Source of the DNA: the human T2T-CHM13v2.0 reference genome, Homo sapiens
Length of the DNA stretch: 64,000 nt
Strand: one strand, 5' to 3'
NCBI RefSeq assembly: GCF_009914755.1
Contig: NC_060927.1
The notes under the pieces are model-generated. The model was not told where the DNA came from. It ran no database searches and was given only the letters and a program-made list of their open reading frames with translations. Position numbers and translations under genes: made by a program. This document shows positions 61,215 to 64,000 of this stretch, one piece after another. Every line of letters starts with the position of its first letter. The stretch's first letter is position 1.

Positions 61215-61912
61215 ATACTATATTGAGGTATAATTGACCTGCAATAGACTGCGGCTATTTAAAGTGTGTAATTTGATAGGTTTATACATCTGTGAAATCC
61301 CCACGATCATCAAGATAATGAATACATCCATCATCTGCAAATCTTTCTTATGCCCCTTGGTATTTATTTTTCCCGTCTTTCACTCTCTCCACCCCAAGCA
61401 ACCACCAGTCTACTTTCTGTCACTATACATTAGTTTACATTTCCTAGAATGTCATCTAAATTAAATTAAACAACATATATTTATTATTTGCTTTGGAAGT
61501 TTCATCCATAATGAGATGTGTATTTAGAGGTCATTCCTTTTAATGGCTGAGTATTACTCCATTATTATACCATGTTTACTCCATTCTTAAGTTCATGTAC
61601 ATTTGAGTTGTTTTTAGATTTGCATTATTATAATTAAAGCTGCTGTAACCATGTACATTTGTAAACATTTGTTTACATTTCTGTGTACATTTGTAAACAT
61701 TCTTTATATGGAAATATGCTTTAATTTCTCTTGAATACCTAGAAATGGAATGACTGGCTCATATGGTAGCAAATATTTCACTTACATAACTGCCAAACTG
61801 TTTTCCAAAAAGTTCCATTTTCCTGAAGTGTATGCGAGTTCCATTTCTTCCTCATCTTAGTCAATACGTGGTATGGTTAGTGTTTTTAGTTTTGGGCATT
61901 TTATTAGGTGTG
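61215..61912 (-). mobile_element. Old L1 (L1MD/ME-like) 3' fragment
   Basis: tattgaggtataattgac...aactgccaaactgtttttccaaa. Confidence 0.75.
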
Positions 61913-62062
61913 TCCCTACTTAAATTTCCTCTGACATTTCCAAGTTTCTTCAACATTTTTAACAAGTCTCAATGATAACAATCACTCACCAACAAATTCT
62001 AACTCACACTTTGAGGCAGGTTGAGATTTAATCCTTCCTCTATGTTTAAAAATTACAAAAGT

Positions 62063-62386
<324 letters not shown>

Positions 62387-63241
62387 TTACTTTTGAAAAA
62401 ATCAATACATTTTAGAAAATATTTTCAGAAGTGTGATTCAACAAATAAAAATAAGCTGCATTATTGCTTTAAAATTCAAGGCTTCCAATGCATTTCCTTC
62501 TTTTTGATATGTACAATTTCATGAAAAGAGGGATATTATTATTGGAAGATAATAAGGAAATTGTGGCTGAGAAGGATTAAAAACTTGCCCAAAATTTCGG
62601 TAGTAAGAGACGGAAAACTACAAACCAAACTGTTCTACTATTACTGTGGATGTATGAGAACAACACTCAAACTTGTGGAAAGAACATTGTTCACTATTGG
62701 AGTATAAGAAACAGAAATAATTTCCTTTATCTAATAGATATTAAATTTTCAACGTAATGTAAGTGAAGGTTGAAAAAAATTGAAAAACTATAGGATAGCC
62801 ATGGAAAGAGAGTGTTAAAATAAGAATCCATTTTGGAGAGCATTTAATCTCCAAAAGGCAATTGAAACAGATATGCAGATGCTTAAAATTAGTAACAGGA
62901 TATAAATCCGAGATAGTTTTTCTCAGAGGAATAAGCAAGCTGATACTTACTTCATAAATCTTTTGAACAGCAAAATATACAAAAATAATATAGGGTGTAT
63001 TTATAATGCCTTTTTTGAATTTATTTTACTAATACAGCATTTTTAAGTTCATAATTTTCAAATGTTTTTCAAAACAGCTGTAAAAGTTCTACTACATACA
63101 GTCAACAGAGTGTGGTGATGGAAGGGGAAGAAGATAGGTGATAAAGAAACAAAATAAATAAAATTGACCTTAGAATTCAGGGGGTTAGATTTCAATCTCC
63201 AAGAATGATTATTTGAGCTCTTTCCTTCTCAAGATATCAAT

Positions 63242-63476
63242 TTTTTTTTAGCATTTAATAGGCACATAATCAACATTTACTGTTCAACTGAAACAAAATT
63301 AAAATTGGGCGCTCTCTCTATCTTTATTTGTGATCGGCCCTAACTGCCCTGGCAATCTTTTCCGTTTTTTTGTTTTCTGTTTTCCATTCGCATGCCCCTT
63401 AGCGTACCTGGGGCTCCGGCTTCTTTACAAAAGAAACCCAAAGTGCTCCGCAAGCACAGCCAGTGAAAGCGAAAAG
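63242..63476 (-). pseudogene. Short retrocopy of an unidentified transcript 3' end
   Basis: T9 tract at left; 12-bp direct repeat caagatatcaat at 63230-63241 and 63477-63488; minus-strand AATAAA and ATTAAA; 8 CpGs; not recognised as a transposon. Confidence 0.7.
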
Positions 63477-64000
63477 CAAGATATCAATATATAGTATTAT
63501 TTTGTTTCCAGGACAATAACAGCATTCAACAACATATTTCATCTATATGATAAGGTAGTTTGAAATTCTCAAAATAGGCTTCCAGAAGGGATGGAAAAGC
63601 TGTTTAAATAATAAAGCAATTTTCACTTACTAAAACCTATTCAAGAGTAAAGCAGAGCCGTTCTTGTTTGCATTTTAAATTTTGAATTACTTATAATTCC
63701 TCCATAAAAATGTAAAAGGAATATTTCCACATTTGCTTACATTTGGGGGACAGATAGCTCAATATTTATGATGCCAGATTATTCAAGGGGAAATCTGTCA
63801 AATGTTTCAGTCAATTGTTCTTTTCTCTGTTGTAGAAATATATAGAAAAGAAAAACTAGGAAGAACTTCCTAAAGCAAATGGAAGAGAATGCTTATTCTC
63901 TTAGTTCTTAGTTCTTCAGGAAAAGAAGGGAGGGGGGTCGGGGAAGCTCAGAATTCAAGGAAGTGTTTGCAGAAGTCATTCCTCAGCCTCCTCAAGACAT

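Noticed and set aside
61650-61702. tgtacatttgtaaacatt duplicated within an old L1
   Set aside because: Short low-complexity slippage, not distinguishable from ordinary micro-duplication.
63242-63476. snRNA/snoRNA identity for the retrocopy
   Set aside because: No match to small RNA sequences I recognise; composition resembles a 3' UTR, so no gene name is assigned.

Overview
AT-rich, CpG-depleted primate (most likely human) non-coding DNA, intergenic or deep intronic. No protein-coding exon, rRNA, tRNA or CRISPR array is supportable, and most of the longer ORFs are L1, Alu or LTR fragments. The window holds several L1s (a twin-primed L1PA with a nested AluY, a tandem pair of old L1MA elements, and short 3' stubs), about 11 Alus including two very young AluY copies and a trimeric Alu, a solo LTR12 (ERV9) with intact promoter motifs, an MLT1 LTR, MER1/MER3 DNA transposons and ancient MIR/L2 fragments. 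Two things go beyond routine repeat content: (i) a ~235-bp CpG-rich, TSD-flanked retrocopy of an unidentified RNA 3' end at 63242-63476; (ii) several locally templated insertion or fold-back scars (36.5, 37.6 and 60.6 kb, plus 18.3 and 15.7 kb) that can be decomposed base by base. I found no evidence for a genuinely new biological system. Subfamily calls come from recalled consensus sequences, not an alignment, and boundaries of old repeats are approximate.
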